This document shows positions 39,273-50,116 of a stretch of DNA of 64,000 nt, in pieces. The stretch comes from Clostridia bacterium (GTDB taxonomy: Bacteria > Bacillota > Clostridia > UBA1212 > DUPL01), in assembly GCA_050951325.1 (NCBI GenBank), contig JBMNIW010000003.1, positions 160,001 to 224,000 on the forward strand. Direction: 5' to 3'. A model generated the notes under the pieces. The model did no database searches. It was not told the origin of the DNA and saw only the letters and a program-made list of their open reading frames with translations. Within the stretch, counting starts at the first letter, position 1. Every line of letters starts with the position of its first letter. Position numbers and translations under genes: made by a program.

Positions 39273-40427
39273 TCAATCTATTTGTTTTTCCCTTTGAACT
39301 TTGCAATTTCCTCTTTTAGTAAGCTTCAGATACATGTCACCCCAGACAGTATTGGGCTCAATATCCTTGCTGACTTCATCCGAATACTGTTCTCCGGTAA
39401 CGTACTCATTCCATGTACCCACCATGGCAAACCTGACACCAATCAGTCTGGCTCTTGCCCACTGCTCCTTGAAGGTTTGTCCGTTACGTCTTTCCACAGC
39501 AGGAATATAATTCGGATCTCCTTCCTCTGCCTGCGGTCTTGTGCTGGCACAAACTATCATGGCTTCAGGATAACCATCGGACACTGTAAAGGTTTGAGCT
39601 ACTCTGTCTTCCCAGCTCCAGTAGCCATACTTGCTTTCCAGAGTGTCAGGATCCCTCAACCCCTTCTGCTCTGTTACATAGCCTGTCATGTATCTTACCG
39701 TAAACCTGTCATCATCCCACTCCGGAACACCACTCTGCCATGGTGATGGAGTACCTACATATACAACAAGCAGCGGCTTGCCGTTATAGTAGAAGAGCTG
39801 GTCCTTGTATTCTGGATGCTCCGGGTTGTTTACAAACCAGTCGTATATCTGGTCCGCCTTTCTTGTAAGTCTTCCGTCAGTGACTCCTTCTTTTTGACCC
39901 GGTGCCGGACAGCCAATAAAGATACTTATTTTAGGTGCTTTCTCCATTTGACTGTAGACATCAAACATATAGACGGTAGACCTTTCAATCATGGCAAAAT
40001 CCGCCCTGGATGTTCTGTCTTTCAATACCCTGTCCATGGGCATGTCGAAATCCAGATTATTGGACCAGTCAACCCAGACAAAATCCACGCCCGCATCATA
40101 AATCAACTCTGCGTGCTGCCTTATGATTTCCTTGTCATCGGAGTTGTATGTCCCAAGAGTCGGATATGCCCAAACACTTGAACTCCATATTTGTGGTCTA
40201 AACCATGTGGTGTAGGCAAGACCCACAAATCTTTCTTCATAAGGCACTCTTGGATAAATGCCTGCTCCCTTGTCCGATACCTCAAGACCTTCTGCAATAA
40301 AATCTTCCATGTTGTCTCCCTCCCATTTGTTTTCTGGTTCCTTATTCTCGCCATTACCCGTGTCTGAACAGGATATCATGGAAAAAACCAAGGTAACCAT
40401 AATCAGGGAAATCAGTACCTTTTTCAC
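39273..40427 (-). CDS. Lipoprotein, GH99-like glycoside hydrolase (possible frameshift near the C-terminus)
   Basis: Lipobox MISC; QHAELIYDAGVDF, NGKPLL, FKEQW, TWNEY, KDIEP. Confidence 0.7.
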   Translation of the reverse strand: MKKVLISLIMVTLVFSMISCSDTGNGENKEPENKWEGDNMEDFIAEGLEVSDKGAGIYPRVPYEERFVGLAYTTWFRPQIWSSSVWAYPTLGTYNSDDKEIIRQHAELIYDAGVDFVWVDWSNNLDFDMPMDRVLKDRTSRADFAMIERSTVYMFDVYSQMEKAPKISIFIGCPAPGQKEGVTDGRLTRKADQIYDWFVNNPEHPEYKDQLFYYNGKPLLVVYVGTPSPWQSGVPEWDDDRFTVRYMTGYVTEQKGLRDPDTLESKYGYWSWEDRVAQTFTVSDGYPEAMIVCASTRPQAEEGDPNYIPAVERRNGQTFKEQWARARLIGVRFAMVGTWNEYVTGEQYSDEVSKDIEPNTVWGDMYLKLTKRGNCKVQREKQID

Positions 40428-40442
40428 GGGACACCTCCCCAG

Positions 40443-42158
40443 TTACATTTTTTCGACCTCTTCTATTCCTAATAAATTGAGTCCGGTTTTAATGCATATG
40501 CAGGAAGCCTCTACAATGTTTAATCTTGCCTTCATGACATCCTCTTCAGCCTTCAATATACTGCAGCTGTTGTAAAACTTGTTGAAGGCCTGAGCAACGT
40601 CAACAATATGCCTTGTTACGATAGAAGGCTCATATTTGTTTGCGGCATTCCTAATCGCTTCTGGAAAATCTTTGATAAGTTTTACAAGGGCAAACTCCTC
40701 CTGACTGTCGAGAACATCAAGTTTTGCACCCCTGTACTCAATATTCTGTTCTTCTGCCTTTCTCAAGATGCTCTTTCCACGAGCATAGCTGTACTGCACA
40801 TAGGGACCGGATTCACCCTCAAAATCAAGAATATCCTCCCAGGTGAACACAATATCCCTTTCCCTTGCATTTCTTAGGAAGGTAAAGAGAATTGCACCAA
40901 TACCAACCTTGGTTGCAACTTCGTCAACATTTTCTATTTCCTTGGTAGTCGAACTGTTTTCAATGATTTCCCTTGTTTTTGCAATGGATTCATTTAAAAC
41001 ATCTTCAAGGAACACCACATCTCCATGCCTTGTGGAAAGTTTCTTGTCAGGGAATCTTACAGTACCAAATCCAACGTGGACGCAGTCATCAGCCCAGCCA
41101 AATCCCATTTTGTCAACTACACCGAAAACCTGCTTGAAGTGTAGAGTCTGAGGCAGTCCTACCACATAAATATTCTTATGAAAATCATAATGTCTCTTCC
41201 TGTAAATTGCAGCTGCAATATCCCTGGTTGCATAAATGGTGGTTCCATCCTTCTTGATGATTATACAAGGGGGCATGTCGCCAAAGGTTACAACTCTTGC
41301 ACCTTCGCTGTCTTCGAGGAGTCCCTTCTCTTCCAGCATCTCAATAACCTCTGGCATTTTATCCTGGTAGAAGCTTTCTCCTGCATAGGAGTCAAAGGAA
41401 ATGTTGAGCATGTTGTATACTCTGGAGAATTCCTTCATGGAAACTTCCACAAAGAACTTCCAGAGCCTAACTATCTCCTCATCCCCATCTTCAAGCTTCT
41501 TAAAGTACATTCTAGCCTCATCCTCAAGGGAAGGATTTTCCTCCGCTTTCTGGTGGAACTTAACATATATTTTCAAAAGCTCATTAATAGGGTCTTTTAA
41601 TATATCCTCATCAACACCCCACCTTTTGTAGGCAGAGATAAGTTTTCCAAATTGGGTACCCCAGTCACCCAAGTGATTTATCTTGACTGTGTCGTATCCC
41701 AGGTAGGAATATATTTTCTCAATAGAGTTGCCCAAGGATGTGCTGAACAGGTGTCCTATATGAAACGGCTTTGCAATGTTCGGAGACGAAAACTCAACAA
41801 TGACTTTTTTATTGTTTCCCTCGTCGCTGCGTGCAAAATCAACGCCTTTTTCAACAACATCACTTACTACCGAAGAGATGAATTCATTCCTGTTCAGAAA
41901 GAAATTCAAGTATCCTCCTGCAACTTCCATCTTTGCAATAATCTTTTCATCAAAATCACTGTCAGACTTTATTCTCTCCAGTACTTCCTGTGCAATCATG
42001 GCAGGAGCCTTTCTGAATTGCTTTGCATATGAAAAACAAGGGAATGCAACATCCCCCATGTTTTCATTAGGCGGTACCGACAAAAGTCCAAGCACCTTGT
42101 CAAGATCATCATTCAATGCCTTGCTAATACATTCTGCTATATATCCTTTGTAATCCAT
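40443..42158 (-). CDS. argS: Arginyl-tRNA synthetase
   Basis: SSPNIAKPFHIGH, GDWGTQFG, GPYVQYSYAR. Confidence 0.96.
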   Translation of the reverse strand: MDYKGYIAECISKALNDDLDKVLGLLSVPPNENMGDVAFPCFSYAKQFRKAPAMIAQEVLERIKSDSDFDEKIIAKMEVAGGYLNFFLNRNEFISSVVSDVVEKGVDFARSDEGNNKKVIVEFSSPNIAKPFHIGHLFSTSLGNSIEKIYSYLGYDTVKINHLGDWGTQFGKLISAYKRWGVDEDILKDPINELLKIYVKFHQKAEENPSLEDEARMYFKKLEDGDEEIVRLWKFFVEVSMKEFSRVYNMLNISFDSYAGESFYQDKMPEVIEMLEEKGLLEDSEGARVVTFGDMPPCIIIKKDGTTIYATRDIAAAIYRKRHYDFHKNIYVVGLPQTLHFKQVFGVVDKMGFGWADDCVHVGFGTVRFPDKKLSTRHGDVVFLEDVLNESIAKTREIIENSSTTKEIENVDEVATKVGIGAILFTFLRNARERDIVFTWEDILDFEGESGPYVQYSYARGKSILRKAEEQNIEYRGAKLDVLDSQEEFALVKLIKDFPEAIRNAANKYEPSIVTRHIVDVAQAFNKFYNSCSILKAEEDVMKARLNIVEASCICIKTGLNLLGIEEVEKM

Positions 42159-42166
42159 AAGACTAT

Positions 42167-42427
42167 TTACTCCTTTTTGCTGTTTGGTTTAAAGTATTTC
42201 AAACCGAGATACGTACAAAGGTACAGTACAATAAACGTAATCACCTGTGATGTCAATGTCATTTTCGAAAAAGACGCAATACAGGTAATATACGAGCTCA
42301 CCATCAAAAAGAACACTGCCCTGTCTCTTGCCAAGGCATAGATAATTGACAGTATAATCCCTATCATAAGCCACAGAACTGTTTGCATGTCTCCCCTTGT
42401 AACAATAAACTCGGTCATTTTACCCAT
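42167..42427 (-). CDS. Small membrane protein between leuS and argS
   Basis: About 3 TMs, AGGAGG RBS, tight spacing. Confidence 0.6.
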   Translation of the reverse strand: MGKMTEFIVTRGDMQTVLWLMIGIILSIIYALARDRAVFFLMVSSYITCIASFSKMTLTSQVITFIVLYLCTYLGLKYFKPNSKKE

Positions 42428-42443
42428 TTTTTACCTCCTCAAA

Positions 42444-44858
42444 TCAACCAACAACTATGTTTACAAGTCTTCCAGGAACAACGATAATTTTCCTAATCTG
42501 TTTGTCCCCTATGAGGTCTTGTACCTTCTCATTTGCCAAAACAAACTCTTCAATTTGTTTCTTGTCATATTTTGAAGGCACATCCAATCTTTCCCTTACC
42601 TTGCCGTTTATCTGAACAGCAATCTCTATCTCATCCTTGACCGTATATTTTGCATCATACTCAGGCCAACTTTGCTCGTATAGATAACCTTCGCCCAAGT
42701 TCATTTTCTCCCAAATCTCTTCTGCAATATGGGGGGCAACGGGATTCAGAAGCTTTACAAATACCCTGAGATCTCCTCTTGAGAGTTTGCCCTTCTCATT
42801 AACTTCATTCACAAAAGTCATCATTTGAGCAATTGCCGTATTATACTTCATGCTCTCATAGTCTTCGGAAACCTTCTTTATGGTTGTGTGTACCAAATAT
42901 CTATGGTCTTCTGACACTTCTTCTTCATCAGTGACCAGTTCCTGAAGCTTCCATACCCTGTCAATGAATCTGTAACAGCCCCTAACACCCTGTTCTGACC
43001 AGGGAGTGGTCTGGTCAAAAGCGCCCATGAACATTTCGTACAATCTGAAAGTATCCGCACCAAACTCATCAACAACATCATCCGGATTTATGACATTACC
43101 TCTTGATTTGGACATCTTTTGGCCATCGGTACCAAGAATCATTCCATGGGAAGTCCTCTTCTTGTACGGCTCCTTGCATGGAATCTCTCCAATATCATAG
43201 AGGAATCTGTGCCAGAATCTTGAATACAGAAGGTGCAGTGTAGTATGCTCCATACCACCATTGTACCAGTCAACTGGCAGCCAGTATGCAGCCTTCTTCT
43301 TGTCAATCATCGCATCGTCATTGTGTGGGTCGGCGTATCTGATGAAGTACCAGGAAGAACCTGCCCACTGAGGCATTGTATCGGTTTCCCTTTTGGCCGG
43401 TCCACTGCATTTTGGACAAGTTGTGTTAACCCACTCAGGTATATTGACAAGAGGCGACTCTCCGCTGTCACTCTGCTGATAGTTTTCAATATCAGGAAGT
43501 GTTACTGGCAGCTGATCATATGGAACGGGCACATAACCGCATTTCTCACAGTGTATAATGGGTATGGGTTCTCCCCAGTAGCGCTGTCTTGAGAATACCC
43601 AGTCCCTTAACTTGTAATTTATTTTTTCTTTGCCCAAACCCTTTTCTGCAAGCCACTTTGTTATTGCTTCTTTTGCTTCCGCAACACTCATTCCGTTAAG
43701 GAAATCGGAATTTACCATGGTGCCTGTTTCAATATCAGTAAAAGCCTCATTCTCTATATCGCCACCGGCAACAACTTCAATAATAGGCAAATCAAACTTC
43801 TTTGCAAATTCATAGTCTCTTTCATCATGTGCAGGAACCGCCATGATTGCTCCTGTTCCGTAAGACATGAGTACATAGTCTGAGATCCAAACAGGTATTT
43901 CAGTGTTGTTTACCGGATTGATTGCAACAACGCCCTTAAGGCTTACGCCTGTTTTTTCCTTGTTCAATTCGCTTCTTTCGAAATCCGACTTCTTGATTGC
44001 CTCTGCCCTGTATGCTTCAACCTCATCAAAGTTGGTTATATGTTCCTTCATTCTGTCCAAAATTGGATGCTCCGGAGAAATAACCATGTAGGTTGCACCA
44101 AACAAAGTATCAGGCCTGGTTGTAAATACAGTCAGTTTTTCATTAATGCAGGGAATTGCAAAATCGACTTCCGCACCTTTGCTCTTGCCTATCCAGTTTC
44201 TTTGCTGTGTTTTAACCTTCTCTATATAATCAACTTCTTCAAGACCTTCAAGAAGCTTCTCTGCATACTCAGTTATCTTAAGCATCCACTGGCTCTTAAC
44301 TCTGCGAACAACTTCGCCATCGCAGCGCTCGCATTTTCCTCCCACAACTTCTTCGTTTGCTAGACCAACCTTGCAGGATACGCAGAAGTTAATGGGCACT
44401 TCAGCCTTGTATGCAAGACCATGTTCATACAGTTTCAAAAAGATCCACTGGGTCCATTTATAATATGCCGGATCAGTTGTGTTTACTTCTCGTGACCAAT
44501 CAAATGAAAATCCAAGTCTCTTGAGCTGCTCTCTGAATCTATTTACGTTTCTCTCTGTTACTACTGCAGGATGAACCTTGTTCTTTATAGCAAAGTTCTC
44601 TGTTGGAAGTCCGAAAGCGTCCCATCCTATTGGGAACAGTACGTTATACCCTTCCATTCTTCTCTTTCTTGAAATTATATCCATTGCAGTATTGGACCTT
44701 GGGTGACCAACATGAAGTCCGTCCCCCGAAGGATAAGGAAACTCTATAAGTGCATAAAACTTTGGCTTTGTCGTATCATCTTTTGCTTCAAATGCTTTGT
44801 TCTTTTCCCATATTTCCTGCCATTTAAATTCTATTTTAGCCGGATCATATTTTGTCAT
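42444..44858 (-). CDS. leuS: Leucyl-tRNA synthetase
   Basis: FPYPSG..LHVGH, TTRPDT editing domain, KMSKS. Confidence 0.97.
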   Translation of the reverse strand: MTKYDPAKIEFKWQEIWEKNKAFEAKDDTTKPKFYALIEFPYPSGDGLHVGHPRSNTAMDIISRKRRMEGYNVLFPIGWDAFGLPTENFAIKNKVHPAVVTERNVNRFREQLKRLGFSFDWSREVNTTDPAYYKWTQWIFLKLYEHGLAYKAEVPINFCVSCKVGLANEEVVGGKCERCDGEVVRRVKSQWMLKITEYAEKLLEGLEEVDYIEKVKTQQRNWIGKSKGAEVDFAIPCINEKLTVFTTRPDTLFGATYMVISPEHPILDRMKEHITNFDEVEAYRAEAIKKSDFERSELNKEKTGVSLKGVVAINPVNNTEIPVWISDYVLMSYGTGAIMAVPAHDERDYEFAKKFDLPIIEVVAGGDIENEAFTDIETGTMVNSDFLNGMSVAEAKEAITKWLAEKGLGKEKINYKLRDWVFSRQRYWGEPIPIIHCEKCGYVPVPYDQLPVTLPDIENYQQSDSGESPLVNIPEWVNTTCPKCSGPAKRETDTMPQWAGSSWYFIRYADPHNDDAMIDKKKAAYWLPVDWYNGGMEHTTLHLLYSRFWHRFLYDIGEIPCKEPYKKRTSHGMILGTDGQKMSKSRGNVINPDDVVDEFGADTFRLYEMFMGAFDQTTPWSEQGVRGCYRFIDRVWKLQELVTDEEEVSEDHRYLVHTTIKKVSEDYESMKYNTAIAQMMTFVNEVNEKGKLSRGDLRVFVKLLNPVAPHIAEEIWEKMNLGEGYLYEQSWPEYDAKYTVKDEIEIAVQINGKVRERLDVPSKYDKKQIEEFVLANEKVQDLIGDKQIRKIIVVPGRLVNIVVG

Positions 44859-45020
44859 GCAAAGACCTCCTAAATTTTGTATACGTATACTCGGTAATTA
44901 TAACATATACTTTTTGTCTAATCAAACTGCAGATGTCATTTTTGTCAAGTATTTATTGATTCACACTACACAATTATATCTTCATAAAATACGGTGTCTC
45001 ATCAGGAGAATACTCAAAAT

Positions 45021-45052
45021 AAAAAGGCTACAGTTTTGCAACCATAGCCTTT
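45021..45052 (-). terminator. Terminator after rhaA
   Basis: AAAGGCTA...TAGCCTTT stem. Confidence 0.55.
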
Positions 45053-45073
45053 CTCACATATATACACCAATTA

Positions 45074-46327
45074 TTATCTCTTTAATAATACTTCCTGCTC
45101 ATAGTTCTTAACTTCTTCAAGCCACTTGTCTCCTACAGGAACGTCGTTGATTTCGCAGAAATAATCCCAAACAGCACCAAATGGCATTGTCTTAAGCTCT
45201 TCAAGAAGTGCGAGTCTGGATGTGAAATCAAATTCAGTCTCAAGTTTCTTGAGTTCCTCTGTAGGCTCAAGCATTGCAAGCAAGAGAGCCTTCTGCATGT
45301 TTCTCATACCAATTACCCATGCTGCAATTCTGTTGATGCTTGCATCAAAGAAGTCAAGACCAATAAATGTTCTTCCAAGGAAGTCATTCCTTACAAGTTC
45401 CTCTGCTATATTTCTAAGCTCGTCATTAAGTACAATAACATGATCGCTATCCCATCTTACAGGACGGCTTACATGCAACAGAACTTCGTCAACAAAGCAG
45501 AAAACAGCTGACAGCTTGTCAGATATCACTTCTGTTGGATGGAAGTGACCTGCATCAAGACAAAGGAGCTTGTTTCTTGTAGCGGCATATCCCATGTAAA
45601 ATTCATTGGATCCTACTGTAAAGCTCTCAGCACCAATACCGAAAAGCTTGCTTTCTACTGCATCACGAACATACTCTTTTGGAAGATCCTCGCTGAATAC
45701 CTCATCCAAAGCTTCCATCAAGCGTTTTCTTGGAGCATATTTATCAACAGTTATGTCCTTCATTCCATCAGGGAACCAGTAGTTGACAACGCTTGGAGTT
45801 CCAAGCTCTTTTCCAAAGTATGCACCAATAGCTCTTGCAGCTTTGCAGTGGCGAATCCAGAAATCTCTAACTTCCTTCTTTGGATGGCTTATTGTAAGGC
45901 CGTCATCTGACAATGGATGTGAGAAGCATGTAGGGTTGAAATCAAGTCCTATACCAAGTTTCTTTGCCCACTGAACCCATTTCTCAAAATGCTCGGGCTC
46001 AATTTTGTCTCTTTCAACAACTGTTTCAAAATCGCCGTATATGGCGTGCAAGTTAACTCTATGTTTTCCTGGAATTAATGAAAAAGCTTTTTCTATGTCT
46101 GCTCTTAACTCGTCAGCAGTCCTTGCTTTGCCCGGATAGTTACCAGTAGCTTGAATGCCTCCTGAAAGTCCTGCTTCTGGATTTTCAAAACCGCCTACAT
46201 CGTCTCCCTGCCAGCAATGCATTGAGATGGGTATTTCCTTGAGTTTGGCAATAGCTTTGTCTGTGTCGATGCCAATCTCAGCATACCTTTTCTTTGCAAT
46301 TTCATAGCTTTCCTTTACATAACTCAT
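45074..46327 (-). CDS. rhaA: L-rhamnose isomerase
   Basis: [47 protein letters not shown]. Confidence 0.95.
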   Translation of the reverse strand: MSYVKESYEIAKKRYAEIGIDTDKAIAKLKEIPISMHCWQGDDVGGFENPEAGLSGGIQATGNYPGKARTADELRADIEKAFSLIPGKHRVNLHAIYGDFETVVERDKIEPEHFEKWVQWAKKLGIGLDFNPTCFSHPLSDDGLTISHPKKEVRDFWIRHCKAARAIGAYFGKELGTPSVVNYWFPDGMKDITVDKYAPRKRLMEALDEVFSEDLPKEYVRDAVESKLFGIGAESFTVGSNEFYMGYAATRNKLLCLDAGHFHPTEVISDKLSAVFCFVDEVLLHVSRPVRWDSDHVIVLNDELRNIAEELVRNDFLGRTFIGLDFFDASINRIAAWVIGMRNMQKALLLAMLEPTEELKKLETEFDFTSRLALLEELKTMPFGAVWDYFCEINDVPVGDKWLEEVKNYEQEVLLKR

Positions 46328-46373
46328 CTGCTTAATTCTCCTCTCGATATGTTTTGCGCACAGAATTTTTGCT

Positions 46374-46425
46374 TTGACATTCTGCTTATATTAGTTTACT
46401 ATATAATATGAAATATGTAAACTAA
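46374..46425 (+). promoter_or_regulatory. Promoter of the ASRT gene with an overlapping inverted repeat
   Basis: TTGACA(46374)-17-TACTAT(46397); TTAGTTTAC-N17-GTAAACTAA at 46391-46425. Confidence 0.55.
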
Positions 46426-46442
46426 ATTTTGGGAGGTTTGCT

Positions 46443-46814
46443 ATGAGTAACGAGGCATATGGAAAGCGCATATGGCTGATTCCCGACGGATACTACCCCG
46501 AGGTCAGCAAAGGTGATGTTTATGTAAGCCATGAGGCAGTTTGTGTACTTAATGTTGGCAATGAGGATGCAAATATTGATATTACCCTCTACTTCGAAGA
46601 TCGTGAACCCATGACCGGTTTCAAAGCTGTTTGCAAGGCTCAAAGAACCAATCACATAAGAATGGACAAGATTGTTAGCGTTAACGGCGAAAAGGTTCCA
46701 AGAGGAGTTCCTTACGCAATGATGGTGGTAAGTGATGTCCCTGTTGTGGTACAGTACAGCAGACTTGATGCATCTCAGGCTGAAATGGGCTTCATGGGAC
46801 TTATAGCATATTAA
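46443..46814 (+). CDS. ASRT (Anabaena sensory rhodopsin transducer) family protein
   Basis: GKRIWLIPDGY, SHEAVCVLN, YFEDREP, RTNHIR, SDVPVVVQYSRLD. Confidence 0.85.
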   Translation: MSNEAYGKRIWLIPDGYYPEVSKGDVYVSHEAVCVLNVGNEDANIDITLYFEDREPMTGFKAVCKAQRTNHIRMDKIVSVNGEKVPRGVPYAMMVVSDVPVVVQYSRLDASQAEMGFMGLIAY

Positions 46815-46832
46815 GGACGAAAGGGCTTTGGT

Positions 46833-47363
46833 ATGTTCGAAAACATTGAACAGCAAACAGAAAACAAGATTATACTGCTATTTATTTTGGAGAAGTTCGG
46901 CTCGCCCATTACAGGAATGTATTTAACCGACCTGGTTTTAAAGCCAGGTCTGATGAATTATTTTTCCTGTCAAATGGCGCTTATTGATCTGGTTGAAAAC
47001 GACCTTGTTGATACTACACCCGACAACGATGGGATTCCCATGTATGAAATAAATGACAAAGGAAGGGATATACTAATTTCTTTAAGAAACATAGTCCCCC
47101 CTGGTATTCTGTACAGATACGAAGAATGCATTGAAAATGAAAAAGATGACATCAAAAGACAATTAGAAGTAAACGCATCCTTTTTCGAAGATGCTTCCGG
47201 AGATTATTATGTGCGATGTTTTGTGCGCAATCAGGGAACATATATAATTGATATAAAGGTTCCTGTTGCAAACAAGAAGGAAGCTGACCTCATCTGCAAA
47301 AACTGGCATCAAAACACCGCAAATATTTACACTAAAATACTAAAAGTAATGCATGATGGATGA
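46833..47363 (+). CDS. DUF4364 family protein
   Basis: KIILLFIL, MNYF, ICKNW...IY pattern. Confidence 0.75.
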   Translation: MFENIEQQTENKIILLFILEKFGSPITGMYLTDLVLKPGLMNYFSCQMALIDLVENDLVDTTPDNDGIPMYEINDKGRDILISLRNIVPPGILYRYEECIENEKDDIKRQLEVNASFFEDASGDYYVRCFVRNQGTYIIDIKVPVANKKEADLICKNWHQNTANIYTKILKVMHDG

Positions 47364-47368
47364 CAAAA

Positions 47369-47587
47369 TCAGACTACGTCGATTTTCCTTGATTTCCTGC
47401 GGTGACCCTCATATTCCGGAGCTCCTTTTTTCCACCTTCCTGACCTGCTCTTTTCAACTACGAGATTCTTGCTTTCATCACTTACTACAAATTCATCCTT
47501 CATAAGGCAATAGTAGGTTAACTTACCTTGCTTGCAATTGCCACAACCATAGCATTCCATAAAGCTAAAAAAAATCCTCCATTTCAT
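47369..47587 (-). CDS. Small Cys-rich, basic hypothetical protein (start may be ATG 47560)
   Basis: CYGCGNC...YYC...WKKGAPEYE..RRK. Confidence 0.55.
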   Translation of the reverse strand: MKWRIFFSFMECYGCGNCKQGKLTYYCLMKDEFVVSDESKNLVVEKSRSGRWKKGAPEYEGHRRKSRKIDVV

Positions 47588-47606
47588 TTTTATGATGGAG
47601 GTATTT
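47568..47606 (-). terminator. Terminator-like hairpin downstream of obg
   Basis: CCTCCAT...ATGGAGG stem with T-tract on minus. Confidence 0.55.
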
Positions 47607-47671
47607 TAATACATTGTATTTTAAAAATCAATAGTCTTTTTAAATAAATATTAATTTAATATGAAGGAAAA

Positions 47672-48988
47672 TTATTCTATATACTCAAACTCAATATCAT
47701 CCAGTTTGACAATATCCCCTTCATTGATTCCCATATCTTTGAGCTCATCAATAACACCCTTTCTTCTCAGGGAATTCTGAAAATACGCCATGGATTCATA
47801 ATCGTTGAAATTGATACCTCTTAACAGATTATCGACAAAACTACCTTCGACCACGTATTTGCCTTCCTCGTCTACATGTATGGCAAACTCATCCTCTTCT
47901 TCCACGGCTTTGTGAACGATAACTTCCTCTTCAAAGGATACAAGAGGAATTTGTGGCAGCTTTTCCAGAAGCGAACCTGCATACATTACAAGCTCACGTG
48001 TTCCAATCTGCTTCAATGCAGATATTTCAAAAATTCTGAAAGCACCCGTCTCTTCCTGCTTCCCTCTATCGTTTTCCTCTATCCATTTTTCAAGTTTTTC
48101 CCTGAACACAACAAGGTTCTCATCACTGCCTGCCACATCCATTTTGTTTGCAGCAATAATTTGCGGCCTTTTCGCCAGTTCCTCATTGTACTTTTCAAGC
48201 TCGTTGTTAATCATAAGAAAATCTTCAAAAGGATCCCTTCCTTCAGTGCCTGCCATGTCTATCACATGGATAATGAGCCTTGTACGCTCTATATGCCTCA
48301 AGAACTGATGCCCAAGACCCACGCCTTCAGAAGCTCCTTCTATGAGACCTGGAATGTCAGCCATAACGTAACTTTTGTCCTCATACGTGACAACACCCAG
48401 GATAGGATTAATCGTCGTAAAATGATAATTTGCAATCTCTGGCTTTGCGTCCGTTGTAGCGGCCAAAAGTGTTGACTTGCCTACATTGGGCCATCCAGCA
48501 AGGCCAACATCTGCAAGAAGTTTAAGCTCAAGCACAACCTCAAGCTCCTCACCTTTCTCTCCTGCTTTTGCAAAGTTCGGAACCTGCCTTGTGGAAGTTG
48601 CAAAGTTCATGTTGCCTCTGCCGCCTTTTCCACCCTTCAGCACAACTACTTCATCATCGGAAGACACCATGTCGGCAAGAACTCTGTTTGTATGTCTGTC
48701 ATATACAACTGTGCCAAGAGGAACTTTGATTACAATATCCTCTCCCTTTTTACCCGTCCTTTTATTCGGTCCTCCATTCTGTCCATTACCGGCTTTGTAT
48801 TTTCTTTTGTATCTAAAATTGGCAAGAGTTGAGGCTCCTTCGTCAACCTTGAAGATGACATTTCCTCCATCCCCGCCGTTGCCGCCATCGGGACCACCTG
48901 CAGGTACGTATTTCTCCCTTCTGAAGGAAACAATACCGTCTCCGCCGTCTCCTGATTTGATAATAATTTTGGCCTTATCTATAAACAT
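47672..48988 (-). CDS. obgE: GTPase ObgE/CgtA
   Basis: Gly-rich Obg fold, PNVGKS, DIPGLIEGA, NKMD, OCT domain. Confidence 0.96.
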   Translation of the reverse strand: MFIDKAKIIIKSGDGGDGIVSFRREKYVPAGGPDGGNGGDGGNVIFKVDEGASTLANFRYKRKYKAGNGQNGGPNKRTGKKGEDIVIKVPLGTVVYDRHTNRVLADMVSSDDEVVVLKGGKGGRGNMNFATSTRQVPNFAKAGEKGEELEVVLELKLLADVGLAGWPNVGKSTLLAATTDAKPEIANYHFTTINPILGVVTYEDKSYVMADIPGLIEGASEGVGLGHQFLRHIERTRLIIHVIDMAGTEGRDPFEDFLMINNELEKYNEELAKRPQIIAANKMDVAGSDENLVVFREKLEKWIEENDRGKQEETGAFRIFEISALKQIGTRELVMYAGSLLEKLPQIPLVSFEEEVIVHKAVEEEDEFAIHVDEEGKYVVEGSFVDNLLRGINFNDYESMAYFQNSLRRKGVIDELKDMGINEGDIVKLDDIEFEYIE

Positions 48989-49006
48989 AATTATATCCTC
49001 CTACAT

Positions 49007-49035
49007 AAAAAGCCCGGTAAAACCGGACTTTCTTT
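49007..49035 (-). terminator. Terminator between rpmA and obg
   Basis: AAGCCCGGT-AAA-ACCGGACTT with flanking A/T tracts. Confidence 0.6.
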
Positions 49036-49055
49036 AGCTTGAACATTACATATTA

Positions 49056-49334
49056 TTATTCAGCAATGATGGAAACTTGCTTCTTCTTTTTGCCAAGTCT
49101 ATGAAAACTTACTTTTCCATCAACCAGTGCATAAAGCGTATGGTCCTTGCCCATTCCAACGTTGGCACCAGGATGAATTCTGGTTCCCCTCTGTCTGACA
49201 AGTATGTTTCCTGCCAAAACGAACTGTCCGTCTGCACGCTTTACTCCGAGTCTCTTGGATTCGGAATCTCTTCCGTTCTTTGAGCTGCCAACACCTTTTT
49301 TCTGTGCAAACAACTGTAGATTTATTCTCAACAT
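49056..49334 (-). CDS. rpmA: 50S ribosomal protein L27 with N-terminal pro-extension
   Basis: MLRINLQLF|[15 protein letters not shown]; start 49334 after GAGGAGG. Confidence 0.96.
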   Translation of the reverse strand: MLRINLQLFAQKKGVGSSKNGRDSESKRLGVKRADGQFVLAGNILVRQRGTRIHPGANVGMGKDHTLYALVDGKVSFHRLGKKKKQVSIIAE

Positions 49335-49338
49335 GCGA

Positions 49339-49686
49339 CTATACCTCCTCTTCTTTAACACGTACAAATTTGCTGCCATATGAGTATTCAACCTGTTTAA
49401 AACCCAAGACCATTGCTTCCAAAACCGCATTATCTTTAATAATCTCTTTCGAATTGGTGCTTATCGGCCGGGTAAACTTCATGTAACCATCCGATTCAAT
49501 ATACGATATTTTGTCCATCTTCCCTTCCGGGTTGTATTTGTTTTCAAAATATCCAACTGCCGTATAACTTATTGCAGAAACCGCAGAACAAATAATATCA
49601 TATCCTTTGTCTGCGTATCCCGCATGCCCTTTTATTTCAAATCCAACAATTATTTCATCTTCCAGCCAAATACTCACATGTATCAT
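49339..49686 (-). CDS. prp: Ribosomal-processing cysteine protease Prp
   Basis: GHAGYA...DIICSAVS, located between rplU and rpmA. Confidence 0.92.
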   Translation of the reverse strand: MIHVSIWLEDEIIVGFEIKGHAGYADKGYDIICSAVSAISYTAVGYFENKYNPEGKMDKISYIESDGYMKFTRPISTNSKEIIKDNAVLEAMVLGFKQVEYSYGSKFVRVKEEEV

Positions 49687-49688
49687 GA

Positions 49689-50003
49689 TTAAGCGTTTAT
49701 TTTCTCAATAACTACCTGGGTATAAGGTTGTCTATGTCCCTGTCTCTTCATATAACCCTTCTTAGGTTTGTGCTTAATTATGCGAATCTTCTTTCCTTTA
49801 CCATTCTTAAGCACTCTGGCTGTAACAGAAACACCTTCAACTTTCGGAGTACCAAAAACAACTTCGTCGTCGCCTTTCGACACAGCCAAAACTTCGTCAA
49901 AAACAACTTCCTGCTCTGGCTCTGCATTAAGCTTTTCTACAAATATGGTACTTCCTTCGGAAACTTTGTACTGTTTTCCTCCTGTTACGATTATTGCGTA
50001 CAT
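49689..50003 (-). CDS. rplU: 50S ribosomal protein L21
   Basis: [21 protein letters not shown]. Confidence 0.97.
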   Translation of the reverse strand: MYAIIVTGGKQYKVSEGSTIFVEKLNAEPEQEVVFDEVLAVSKGDDEVVFGTPKVEGVSVTARVLKNGKGKKIRIIKHKPKKGYMKRQGHRQPYTQVVIEKINA

Positions 50004-50009
50004 TATTGC

Positions 50010-50113
50010 ACCTCCACATTAAACTCGCCTGCCAAGGGTACTGAAGGATCAGATTTAAAAACCCTTACAGAGCGGCACCAAAAGATTTTAACACAGCAAT
50101 GTCACATTGTCAA
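50010..50113 (-). promoter_or_regulatory. Sigma-A promoter and L21 leader-like structured 5' UTR
   Basis: TTGACA-17-TAAAAT (50113-50085); leader with AAGGG...CCCTT stem and GGCGAGT before the SD. Confidence 0.6.
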
Positions 50114-50116
50114 ATA

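Noticed and set aside
46396-46423. dif-like site (ATATGTAAACT resembles a XerD arm)
   Set aside because: Poor XerC arm and central region; gene orientation does not switch here, and it overlaps a promoter
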